64,000 nt of DNA from Planctomycetota bacterium (lineage in GTDB: Bacteria; Planctomycetota; UBA8108; SXIK01): NCBI GenBank assembly GCA_965223845.1, contig CBDCXR010000004.1:4992001-5056000 (forward strand). The letters are read 5' to 3'. The notes below the pieces were generated by a model. The model was not told the origin of the DNA and did not search any database. It saw only the letters and a list, made by a program, of their open reading frames with translations. Shown piece by piece: positions 36,699 to 45,675 of the stretch (position 1 is the first letter of the stretch; each line of letters starts with the position of its first letter). Both the position numbers and the translations under genes were made by a program.

Positions 36699-37415
36699 TC
36701 AGGCCGGACGCACGAACGGCGTCGCGCGGATTTCGGTCACGATCTCGCGGAGGACCGCCTCGAGCCCATCACCGGCCGATTTGAACTCGTCGGGGTCGAT
36801 CGCGAGGGGTGCGCCGATCACGACGAGCGGCGCGCCGTGACGAGGACACTCGATCGCCTCACGAATCGAGAGTCCGCCGACGGCCTGCACCGGGATCTCG
36901 ACCGCTCGCACGACCGCTTCGAGCTCGTCCATCGGACTGAGCCCCGAGATCAAGCGTCGCTCGTCGTAGCCGACGTGATGAATAATGAAATCGACGCCGA
37001 GCTCCTCCATCCAGCGCGCGTTCGCGGCCTTGTCCTCGGCGCCGAGGTTGTCTCCCATCACGCGACAACCGTAATCCTTTCCCGCGTCCACCACCGCTCG
37101 CAGGGTCGCCTCGTGCGCGCGGCCCATCACGACGACGAGGTCCGCGCCGGCCTGCGCCATCATCTCTGCTTCGAGGTAGCCGCCGTCCATGGTCTTGAGA
37201 TCGGCGACGATCGGATGCGATGGGTACCGCTCGCGAAGAGCACGCACGGCGTGAAGACCTTCGGCAAGAATGAGCGGAGTTCCGATTTCGAGCCAATCGA
37301 CGCCCGCACGAACGGCGATCTCCGCGGTCTCGAGAGCTTCGTCGATCGAAGTGAGATCGAGGGAGATTTGGACGACGGGATAGTCGATGCTCGCTAGCCG
37401 GTCAGACGCGTTCAT
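36699..37415 (-). CDS. 3-hexulose-6-phosphate synthase / KGPDC (OMP decarboxylase-HUMPS family) protein
   Basis: QISLD, WLEIGTPLI..EG, ADLKTMDGG.LEA, H.GYD, AVGG. Confidence 0.88.
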   Translation of the reverse strand: MNASDRLASIDYPVVQISLDLTSIDEALETAEIAVRAGVDWLEIGTPLILAEGLHAVRALRERYPSHPIVADLKTMDGGYLEAEMMAQAGADLVVVMGRAHEATLRAVVDAGKDYGCRVMGDNLGAEDKAANARWMEELGVDFIIHHVGYDERRLISGLSPMDELEAVVRAVEIPVQAVGGLSIREAIECPRHGAPLVVIGAPLAIDPDEFKSAGDGLEAVLREIVTEIRATPFVRPA

Positions 37416-37515
37416 CGGGCTACAGGATTCTCTTCCGCTGCTTCGCGCATCACGGGGCAGAGTATGACGGAAGGTCGATGCGGCTGCAACCGAGACGGCG
37501 GAGCGGCGATCTCGC

Positions 37516-38925
37516 CTACCGGGGGTCTTCGAGGAGCGTGTAGAGGACGTTGTCGGTGAACGCCGGATCGCGCGTGAGACCGAGGTGATCCGAAAAAAGG
37601 AACGTCACTTTCGACCACGAGATCGGCGAGTCGAGGAACGGCTTCCATTCACGACCTTCGCGCTCGTCGAGGAGCGCGCTCGAGCGGAGAACGGTGCCGT
37701 CGCCGGCTGCGGTCTTGACGATGCGAACGCCGCCGTGGCTCTGGCGGACGGCCGCGACGGCGTTGGTCTCGTTTGCATCGCCTGCGACCAAAAAGAGCTC
37801 CACGCCGTCCGGCGGAGTCGCGGGTGAATCGAGGGCGTCCATGAAACGAGCTGCGCGCACGAGACATTTTCGCTGGTGATCGAGCGCTATGCGCCGTCTC
37901 TCGGCGGGGTCGGCCACGTCGGGAAGAAGGAATTGAAGCACGGGATCCTGGCGGTGAGAGGCGAGCCCCCAGCGCATTCGCTCCCAAAACTCCGGATCGA
38001 GATAGTCTGCGATCGGCTCCCCCGTCGCATCGTCGATGACCGCTCCGTGGCGCGCGCGAGGAAGAAGCTGATAGATCGACGGCATCGTGCCGAGGAGCGC
38101 CGCCTCGTAGAGCGGGAACACGGACGAGAACACGATCCCGTGAACGAGCTGCTCGAGGGCGAGAACGGATCCTGAGTTCGGAGTGCCGACGAGGATGACC
38201 CGCTCGACGTTCCGGGCGCCGGCCCAGGTGATCACGGGCTCCGATCCGTCCGCCGGGAGGTCGGCGGCGCCGTAGCGGAGGTAGTAGCGGCTGATCAGCC
38301 CGCCCATCGAGTGGGCGACAATGTCGAACTTGACGTCGGGGTTCTCGACCCCGTACCGGCGCGTCATCTCCGCAGCCACGTACGCTTTCTTCTCGAGAAT
38401 GAACTCGTGGAGAAGTCGCGCGTTCTCGACGTTGTCGCGGCGCCAGTCGTACGGAAACTGAAAGCAAGTGAAGTGATCGTCCCCGTAGTCGACGGCGCCG
38501 GCGAGCCCGAGCTCCTCGTCGCGGTAGCCACCGACACCGAGCGCCTTCAGGATCCCGATGTACGCCTGAAGCTCGATCGGGATGCCGAGCAGCTTGACCT
38601 CCAGGCGGTCGAGAACCCCGTCGGGATCGATGGTGTCGGTCAAGCGCGCGAGCGGCTCTCCGTGGCGCATCGGTACGCCGATCGTCATCGCGCCCTCGAG
38701 CGTGGTCGGGTCGGTGTAGTCGCCGCCGAAGAGGCCCCAAACGATACGGCCGGTCGTCGAGTCGACGAGCCGGGAGCCGAGGATTCCCGGAATCACGATG
38801 ATCGGGTTCCGATCGGCCCCGTGGTATTGCGCGGCGCGGTCGTAGATGCGACCCAGATCGGGAACCGGCGGAGCGCCGACGCAGCCGGGAGCGAGGGCGA
38901 GAAGCACGAAGAGGAGACGTTTCAT
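37516..38925 (-). CDS. Lipoprotein alpha/beta hydrolase (lipase/LCAT-like acyltransferase)
   Basis: Lipobox LAPGC; PIIVIPGILGSRL, FPYDWR, VAHSMGG, GTPNSGS, GDGTV, terminal His; GGAGG RBS. Confidence 0.88.
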   Translation of the reverse strand: MKRLLFVLLALAPGCVGAPPVPDLGRIYDRAAQYHGADRNPIIVIPGILGSRLVDSTTGRIVWGLFGGDYTDPTTLEGAMTIGVPMRHGEPLARLTDTIDPDGVLDRLEVKLLGIPIELQAYIGILKALGVGGYRDEELGLAGAVDYGDDHFTCFQFPYDWRRDNVENARLLHEFILEKKAYVAAEMTRRYGVENPDVKFDIVAHSMGGLISRYYLRYGAADLPADGSEPVITWAGARNVERVILVGTPNSGSVLALEQLVHGIVFSSVFPLYEAALLGTMPSIYQLLPRARHGAVIDDATGEPIADYLDPEFWERMRWGLASHRQDPVLQFLLPDVADPAERRRIALDHQRKCLVRAARFMDALDSPATPPDGVELFLVAGDANETNAVAAVRQSHGGVRIVKTAAGDGTVLRSSALLDEREGREWKPFLDSPISWSKVTFLFSDHLGLTRDPAFTDNVLYTLLEDPR

Positions 38926-39277
38926 CGGGGAATCCTCCGGAAGCGGAAGCCGAGTCGGGGGGATGTCCGGCTCGAATCGATCGCGTCGCTCGAGAGGGAG
39001 CGCCACCGGAGATCGACGCCGGTGCTCTCGCGCCGACCGACGGTGATCGGCTCGAGAGTACCGACGCGAGGCTCGATCCGGAAGCGCCCTGGCCCCGCCG
39101 GGTCCGGGCAAGCGTGGCGATCCCGCCAGTTCTTCGCTACGTAAGTCGCTCCGCGGAAACGGGCTCCGCGAGGGAGCACCGGACGCTTCACGCTCGGCGG
39201 AAAGGGGGCCCCATTCGCGATAAGGAACGTGTTAGGGGCCCGCCCGATCGCCCCTCCCCCCTTCACGCGATTCTCGC

Positions 39278-39417
39278 TTGATGCGGGATTCCAACCAAGT
39301 AGACTCGTCCCCGCTGAGACGAGTCCGCCGGCGCGCTGAGCGCGGTCCACCTGCGTCAGATTTCCGGGAAGATTTCGTCGGATTCTCTTCTGATGACCGG
39401 AGTCTCGCTGATAGAAT
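39278..39417 (+). promoter_or_regulatory. Candidate sigma70 promoters upstream of the PEP-CTERM gene
   Basis: TTGATG-N16-TAGACT (39278-39305) and an extended -10 TGATAGAAT (39409-39417). Confidence 0.35.
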
Positions 39418-39710
39418 CGGGACTCGAAGTGCGGAGGCCCTTCGTGGGGCACCGTCACTAAAGGTCTGAGGCACTGGCAGTTGAAACGGGGGGTTCGAAC
39501 CGTTGGGCGCAACGCACTCGAAGCGAGCCGCGCGCGCCCGGGGCAAGTCGGTCAACACAATCGGATCTTCATTCGCGCAGACTCTTCGCATCGCTCGATT
39601 GTGCGCGGCGCTTGAGTTCTGCAGAACGGGTTGAGAAAGCACATCACCGCTCGTCGATTGCGCGAGCGCTGAAAACTCAAAAGAGGGCACCTCGCGAGGC
39701 GCTGGGATCC

Positions 39711-40361
39711 ATGAAGAAGCTTTTCACTCTGACGATGATTTGCGTGTCGGCGGCGTTTCTCGTGCCGTCGGAGGTCAACGCAGAAGCGATGACGTTCAAC
39801 TTCCGAGGCGGGAAGCGGCCGCGCGTTGCGCGCTCGCTCGAGTTCTCGCAGGGTGGAGCGACGGCGATCGTAACGGGACACAACTCGCGGGAGGCGCAGG
39901 CGCGTCTCGTACGCGGCCGACCCGGACTCGGAGTCTACGCGGGCCGCTGGGACAGCCTCACGGTCGACGGATTCCGCGGACGCGACTCGGTTCGCGTCGA
40001 TTTCGGCGATCAGCTCTTCGAGCTCGACACCGTGCGTTTCGGCATGACGAACAGTCGGAGATCGCGGGGAGACAGCTTTTCGCTCGCGATCGACGGTGAG
40101 ATCGTGATCGCAGACGCCGTCGCCCCGAGAGGGCGCGGGCTCTTCGACGTGAGCTTCAAGCTCCCGGCGGGCATGAACCGCGGCACGGTCTTCGAATTCT
40201 TCACCGTCAACCGGCTCGATAGCTGGACCCTGTCGTCGATCTCGGGGAACTTGGCCGGCGGCGCTTCTGCGGCGCCCGAGCCCGCGAGCCTCCTCCTCAT
40301 CGGCCTCGGAGCCGGTGGCGTCGCTCTCGCGCGCCGCCGACGGCGGTCGAAGGAAGGCTGA
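39711..40361 (+). CDS. PEP-CTERM sorting-domain surface protein
   Basis: Signal peptide MKKLFTL...VNA; C-terminal APEPASLLLIGLGAGGVALARRRRR. Confidence 0.9.
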   Translation: MKKLFTLTMICVSAAFLVPSEVNAEAMTFNFRGGKRPRVARSLEFSQGGATAIVTGHNSREAQARLVRGRPGLGVYAGRWDSLTVDGFRGRDSVRVDFGDQLFELDTVRFGMTNSRRSRGDSFSLAIDGEIVIADAVAPRGRGLFDVSFKLPAGMNRGTVFEFFTVNRLDSWTLSSISGNLAGGASAAPEPASLLLIGLGAGGVALARRRRRSKEG

Positions 40362-40391
40362 GTCGAAGATTCCCGAATTTCTCGGCTAACG

Positions 40392-40438
40392 AAGAGCGGT
40401 CTGAGGCGTCTAAGATGCCGCAGACCGCTCTTTTTTTT
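40392..40438 (+). terminator. Rho-independent terminator
   Basis: AAGAGCGGTCTG...CAGACCGCTCTT stem followed by a T-run (T8 at 40431-40438). Confidence 0.85.
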
Positions 40439-40607
40439 GTTGCTGAGAGGGGTCCGCGGTAGAACGAGGGAGAATCGGAAGGGGAACGCGCCGGCCCGAG
40501 ACGGCTAGCCCTCCCCGTCAACTCGAGGCAGCGGGCGCGTCTGCTGGGGAGCAGACGAGAGGAACGTCCCGCCGCGGCCAAAGACGGTAACGGAGCAGGG
40601 GGAACTC

Positions 40608-41471
40608 ATGATGCGCAATCGGAATCTCCGCCTCGGAGCCGGCCCCTTCCTCGCTGTCGCCATCGCCGCGGTGATGGCGTTCAGCGTAGGGACCGCCTTC
40701 GCTTCCGAATCCACTTCCTCATCGGCGTTCGCTCAGTCGGATTCGAAGAAGAAGTCCGGATCCAAGAAGAATCGGACTTCGCTTCCGCCCGAAGCGAAGA
40801 TCGTCAAGAAGTACCTCAAAGACCACCTGAACCCGGATTCGCTCAAGTTCTTGAAGGGCGGTCGGGTGCAGATGACGTTTCTCCTCTCCAAGAAGAACGA
40901 GGCCCACGAAGAGATCTTCATCCCGCGGATGGGAACGGGAGTGAAGGCGCCGTTTCGCTGGTCGCTCGAGGGCGAGGACATCTGGGTCGGGAGCGACGAC
41001 GGAATCCGGATTTCCGACAAGGGATTCGCGTTCGTCAACTGCTGGTTCGTCGACGACCTCGAAGCCGAAGCGAGCTTCTTGCAGCACGCGAACCAGAACC
41101 CGCGCATGCACCTCGCCGTCACTTTCGGCAATGAAAGGGGAATCGCGCTCGCGTCGAATTACGGCACACAGTGTGCGATCCTGAAGGGGAGTCGCATCGG
41201 CAAGCGTGGGAAGACCAAAGCGCAGGGGATCGCGTTCGACTCGCTGACGAAGATCAAGCTCGTCGTGCGCAACGGTGAATTCGAAGCGCGCCGAGGAAAC
41301 TCGTCGAAGGCGAAAGCGAAGATGAAGTACAAGCCGAAGCAGTTCAAGTCGGGACGAGTCGGCTTCTCGTGGGGAGGCTCGACCGCCGCCACGATCACGC
41401 GCCTTCAGATCACGGGGAAGATCGACATGCCGCGGATGGCGAAGTTCCTCGAGAAGAAGTTCGGCGACTAG
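40608..41471 (+). CDS. Secreted Lys-rich hypothetical protein
   Basis: Signal peptide (...GTAFA), strong GC3 codon bias, beta-rich body; no family recognised. Confidence 0.8.
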   Translation: MMRNRNLRLGAGPFLAVAIAAVMAFSVGTAFASESTSSSAFAQSDSKKKSGSKKNRTSLPPEAKIVKKYLKDHLNPDSLKFLKGGRVQMTFLLSKKNEAHEEIFIPRMGTGVKAPFRWSLEGEDIWVGSDDGIRISDKGFAFVNCWFVDDLEAEASFLQHANQNPRMHLAVTFGNERGIALASNYGTQCAILKGSRIGKRGKTKAQGIAFDSLTKIKLVVRNGEFEARRGNSSKAKAKMKYKPKQFKSGRVGFSWGGSTAATITRLQITGKIDMPRMAKFLEKKFGD

Positions 41472-41478
41472 TTTTTAA

Positions 41479-42075
41479 GGGGGCTTTCGCGAAGCCCCCT
41501 CGCCGACGCGGCGGAGCCGCGACGGCTTCACCCCGACGAGCTCGCCTTCGGCTCGGCGCTCAAGCTACGCGTGGTCTGCTTCGTTTGCCCAACGCGTGTG
41601 GCTATGGCCGTACTAAGGGCTTTCGCGAAGCCCCCGCGCCGACGCGGCGGAGCCGCGACGGCTTCACCCCGACGAGCTCGCCTTCGGCTCGGCGCTCAAG
41701 CTACGCGTGGTCTGCTTCGTTTGCCCAACGCGTGTGGCTATGGCCGTACTAAGGGCTTTCGCGAAGCCCCCGCGCCGACGCGGCGGAGCCGCGACGGCTT
41801 CACCCCAACGAGCTCGCCTTCGGCTCGGCGCTCAAGCTACGCGTGGTCTACTTCGTTTGCCCAACGCGTGTGGCTATGGCCGTACTAAGGGCTTTCGCGA
41901 AGCCCCCGCGCCGACGCGGCGGAGCCGCGACGGCTTCACCCCGACGAGCTCGCCTTCGGCTCGGCGCTCAAGCTACGCGTGGTCTGCTTCGTTTGCCCAA
42001 CGCGTGTGGCTATGGCTGTTCCAAGGGCTTTTGCGAAGCCCCCTCGCCGACGAGCTCGCCTTCGGCTCGGCGCCG
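41479..42075. repeat. Tandem array of a 136-bp palindrome-rich unit (4 full copies + 1 internally deleted copy)
   Basis: GGGCTTTCGCGAAGCCCCC starts at 41481, 41617, 41753 and 41889, with a variant at 42025 (exact 136-nt period); units are near-identical. Confidence 0.97.
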
Positions 42076-42194
42076 AAGCACGCTGTGATCTCGTTCGCGC
42101 GTCTCACGTCGCTCGACGATCTGGCCGACCACGTCTAGCGTATGCCGGGCGACCGATCGGCCGATCTCTCGAGGTCCGCGGGGACCGTCGCGGG

Positions 42195-43193
42195 TCAGGG
42201 CGCGAGGATTCGGTCCCACTGGAAAGCCGGGCCCGGATCGACCTTTCGCGTTGTGACGTGCCAGTGCGCGACGACCCCCTCGAAAGCGTGGAGCTCCTCG
42301 TCCGTCGGGAACGCGTCCGGACGAATCTGCCCCGACGCGTCGCGCGGGGCATCGAGCCGGATCCGCGGGAAGATCTCAGCGAGCGTCCGGACGAGACGTT
42401 CGAGCGCGACGTACTGCGCTTCGGTGAAGTCGTACTGAACGAGCTCGCGACCGTTGATCCGGCCGGACTGAAGCTCCGCGCGCACCGGGCGGGCGACGAA
42501 ACCGTCGGGAAGCCCGGTCTCTCCGTAGGAATCGGGGAAAGTCGCGCGGAGTCCTTCGCCGTCGGGATCGCCGTACCAGACCTCGAGATCGGCCGGGTCT
42601 TCGACGGCCCCGATATTTGCGATCTCGATTCCGATCGAACGATCGTTCGCCGCGGCGGCGTGCCAAGCGCGCTCCTTGACGTCGAGCGTCTGATAGATCG
42701 TCCCGTCGAGATCGAGAAGAAAATGACACGAGAGCCCACGGATATCGTGGAGAACTTCGAAGCATCTTCGCGACGTGCCGCACGCGTCGAAATGAATGAC
42801 GATCTGGGACACGACCGAGGCGAGGTCGTCCACCGTCCACCCATGCTCGCGGGCGCGCGTCGCAATCGACTCGGGAGTGTGACGGCGAAACGAGCCGTAG
42901 CGGGCCGTACGCTCGGGTGCGGCGGACGGAGCCGCCTCGGCCGGGTCGAAGTGGCGGTGGACGCGGTAAGCATCGTAGCCGCGCGGGTCGTTCCAAAGGA
43001 CGACCTTCGTCCCGGTGTGGTAGAGCTGACCGCAGACGGAGATCTCGTCGCCTCTTCGCGGGAGTCGGTCTCCCGGACGCGGGGCGCTACAGGCTGCACT
43101 CGACAAGACGAGCACGACGGCGAACAGGGAGCCGTACGCCTCTCTGGCGGTCGTGCGTCGAGTCACGCGGGAACATAGTAAACGGTGCTTCAT
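42195..43193 (-). CDS. N-acetylmuramoyl-L-alanine amidase (Amidase_2/AmpD-like), probable lipoprotein
   Basis: IVIHFD, SCHFLLD.DG, ERAWHA, SIGIEIAN, AHWH...KVDPGP; lipobox SAAC; exact start uncertain. Confidence 0.88.
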   Translation of the reverse strand: MKHRLLCSRVTRRTTAREAYGSLFAVVLVLSSAACSAPRPGDRLPRRGDEISVCGQLYHTGTKVVLWNDPRGYDAYRVHRHFDPAEAAPSAAPERTARYGSFRRHTPESIATRAREHGWTVDDLASVVSQIVIHFDACGTSRRCFEVLHDIRGLSCHFLLDLDGTIYQTLDVKERAWHAAAANDRSIGIEIANIGAVEDPADLEVWYGDPDGEGLRATFPDSYGETGLPDGFVARPVRAELQSGRINGRELVQYDFTEAQYVALERLVRTLAEIFPRIRLDAPRDASGQIRPDAFPTDEELHAFEGVVAHWHVTTRKVDPGPAFQWDRILAP

Positions 43194-43392
43194 GGTGGCC
43201 GGTCTCGAGGAGTGGGCTGCATGGCCGCCGACGGAGTCATCTTCAGCGCCGTCGCGGCGCTCCAACTTAGCCCGCCTCTCTGGCCGGATTCTCGGGAAAA
43301 ACCTCTTGGGCATCTCCACTTCCGGGGCACAGCATCGAGGAGACGCCTTCGCTCCTTCCTCCAAACGGACGATTCGCCTCACGGAGTCCTCC

Positions 43393-44262
43393 ATGAAGTT
43401 CAACCGATTTCGACCAGTCGCCGGCGCGAAACTGATCGCTGCGGCCGCGGTCGTCGGGCTCGCGGTCGAGCTCGACGCGGACGACGACCATTTTCCGCTC
43501 GTCGAGGGAGCGCGCTGGAGCTACGTCGCGACAAAGCCGTTCGAGCAGCGTTTCGAGCTCGTCCTCGATCGTTTCGACGGCGAAGCCGGCACTCTCTTCT
43601 TTCAGGGTCCGACCGAGAACGGGGAGGAGCCTGTGTGGCGACAGGAGGTCCCAATCGTGGAGCTCGCCGAAGACGAGATCGACGTCATCGTCGAAGGGAC
43701 GCAGGCTCCGTACTACCGCTTCAAGGAAGACGTGTGGCGCCACGGCGACGTCGACCTGTGCATGAACAACACTTCGGCCGAGGTGATCGATCGCAACGTG
43801 ACCGTCGAGACTCCGGCGGGGATTTTTGACGAGTGCCTCCAGCTCCGGTTTTCCGGCGCGGCCTGTGCCGACGCCGGGACGATCGCTGAATACTGGTGTC
43901 GCGATGTCGGACTCGTCCGGCGGGACACCGTGACTATCGCGGGAGTCTCGGTCTACCTCCTCGAATCGTTCGACTTCGAACCGGGTGAGACGCGATTTCG
44001 GCGAGGCGACTTTGACGCCGACGGCCAGATCGTGATTTCCGACGCGATCGCGGTCCTCAATTGGCTCTTCGCCAGCGCCGAAAAGCCGGAGTGCGAGCGC
44101 GCCACGGATATGAATGCCGACGGCAGCGTGAACGTCGCCGATCCGATTTATCTTCTTCAGTTCCTCTTCGGGGACGGCGCGCCGCCGCCCCCTCCGTACG
44201 AGGACTGCGGCACCGACTCGAGCCCGGCCGAAGTGGGCTGCGTCGCCTTCGCGGGCTGTTGA
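43393..44262 (+). CDS. Secreted protein (VETPAG.F..C beta domain, DUF3108-like) with C-terminal dockerin-like domain
   Basis: GGAG RBS, signal peptide; TVETPAGIFDEC...YWCRDVGLV; FRRGDFDADGQIVISDA...DMNADGSVNVADP...CGTD. Confidence 0.85.
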   Translation: MKFNRFRPVAGAKLIAAAAVVGLAVELDADDDHFPLVEGARWSYVATKPFEQRFELVLDRFDGEAGTLFFQGPTENGEEPVWRQEVPIVELAEDEIDVIVEGTQAPYYRFKEDVWRHGDVDLCMNNTSAEVIDRNVTVETPAGIFDECLQLRFSGAACADAGTIAEYWCRDVGLVRRDTVTIAGVSVYLLESFDFEPGETRFRRGDFDADGQIVISDAIAVLNWLFASAEKPECERATDMNADGSVNVADPIYLLQFLFGDGAPPPPPYEDCGTDSSPAEVGCVAFAGC

Positions 44263-44364
44263 CCCGAAGGACGGCTTCGCGCGTAATAGACGGAGTCCCT
44301 CGGGCGTTCCCTCGACACGTCGCCCGGGGTTCGAACCGCCTCAAGGGATGAGCTTCACCGCGCG

Positions 44365-44856
44365 ATGGAAAACTCTGCCGACACTGAGCCGAACTCCGAT
44401 TCGATCGTCGCCGCCGTCCGCGAAGCGTGCGAGCGGGGCGACTCGATGGACGCGTGTCTCGATCTGATTCTCTCGGGATTCGATTGTTCCGTGGGCACCG
44501 TCCATCGATTCGACTCGGACTCGCAGCATCTCGAGATCTTGAGCCAGCGCGGCGTGCCGCCGGCGCTCCTCGAAAAAGTCAGTCGCATTCCGATCGGAAA
44601 GGGGATGGCCGGTCTCGCGGCCGAGCGGCGGGAACCGGTCCAGGTGTGCAATCTCCAAACGGACGAGAGCGGCGTCGCTAAGCCAGGCGCGAAGGAGACG
44701 CGCATGGAGGGATGCATCTCGGTACCGATGCTGGTCGGCAGCGCGCTCGCGGGAACGCTCGGAATCGCGAAACCCGTCGAGTACGAGTTTTCACCGGAGG
44801 AGACGGAGCGCCTCGCCGCCGTCGCCTCGGTCCTCGGTGCACACGTCGGCGACTGA
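44365..44856 (+). CDS. Stand-alone GAF domain protein
   Basis: GTVHR, IPIGKGMAGLAAERREPVQV, ISVPM...GTLGI. Confidence 0.85.
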   Translation: MENSADTEPNSDSIVAAVREACERGDSMDACLDLILSGFDCSVGTVHRFDSDSQHLEILSQRGVPPALLEKVSRIPIGKGMAGLAAERREPVQVCNLQTDESGVAKPGAKETRMEGCISVPMLVGSALAGTLGIAKPVEYEFSPEETERLAAVASVLGAHVGD

Positions 44857-44883
44857 GCTCTCGAGCCCGCCGACGCGCCCGCC

Positions 44884-45666
44884 ATGCAGTACCGCGAGAT
44901 CGACTGGTACGACGTTCCCCGCTACTACGACCTCATCTTCTCGGAGGGAACGGAAGAGGAGGCCGACTTCCTGGAGGCGATGCACCGTCTTTACGGCCGA
45001 AGCTCGGGCAAGCGGATGCTCGAGCCCGGCTGCGGCAGCGGGCGGCTCGTCGCGGAGATGGCGCGGCGAGGCTATACGGTGACGGGACTCGACCTGAGTG
45101 AGCCGATGCTCGACTTCGCCCGTACGCGGCTCGAGCGGGACAAGCTCTCGGCCGTTCTCCGGCGCGGCGACATGGCGAAGTTTCGCATCCGTGGGAAGTG
45201 CGATATCGCTCACTGCCTCGTCAGCACCTTCAAGTACCTCCTCGACGAAGAGAGCGCGCGCTCACACCTCGAATCCGTTCGCGACGCCCTCCGCGAAGGC
45301 GGCATCTACATTCTCGGCTTCCACTTGAGCGACTACGACAGCCGCTCGCGCGTTCGGGAACGCTGGACGGCGAACCAGGATGGACTCGACGTGCGCTGCA
45401 ACATCCAGGCTTGGCCGCCCGATCGGAAGACGCGCATCGAGCGCGTGCGCTCGCGCCTCGTCGTGGAGGAGCGCGGAAAAACGATGCGCTCGGAGACTCA
45501 CTGGGACTTTCGCACCTACGACGCGCGCCAAGTACGGGAGCTCCTCGCGTCGGTTTCCGGCCTCAAGCACATCGCGACCTACGACATGACCTACGAGCTC
45601 GGACGCAAGCGACGCTTCGACGACGAACAGCTCGACAACGTCCTCGTTCTCCGCCGGACGTCGTGA
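44884..45666 (+). CDS. Class I SAM-dependent methyltransferase
   Basis: MLEPGCGSGR, VTGLDLSEPML, GDM, LREGGIYIL. Confidence 0.92.
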   Translation: MQYREIDWYDVPRYYDLIFSEGTEEEADFLEAMHRLYGRSSGKRMLEPGCGSGRLVAEMARRGYTVTGLDLSEPMLDFARTRLERDKLSAVLRRGDMAKFRIRGKCDIAHCLVSTFKYLLDEESARSHLESVRDALREGGIYILGFHLSDYDSRSRVRERWTANQDGLDVRCNIQAWPPDRKTRIERVRSRLVVEERGKTMRSETHWDFRTYDARQVRELLASVSGLKHIATYDMTYELGRKRRFDDEQLDNVLVLRRTS

Positions 45667-45675
45667 ATCCGCGGC

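Noticed and set aside
39470-39520. GGTTCGAACC tRNA T-loop-like motif / GGGCGCAA c-di-GMP-I-like motif
   Set aside because: No cloverleaf or acceptor stem, and the GNRA/receptor arrangement of the riboswitch is missing
41479-42075. Possible CRISPR array
   Set aside because: The sequence between the palindromes is identical in every unit (no unique spacers), the period is 136 bp, and no cas genes are present
41369-42138. Repeated short ORFs (MVCFVCPTRVAMAVL...) in the ORF track
   Set aside because: By-products of the 136-bp repeat shifting frame each unit; no RBS and no coding-like composition
44365-44856. GAF protein as free methionine-R-sulfoxide reductase (MsrC)
   Set aside because: Has GKGMAG rather than the GxGVCG catalytic-Cys motif, so it is left as a generic GAF protein
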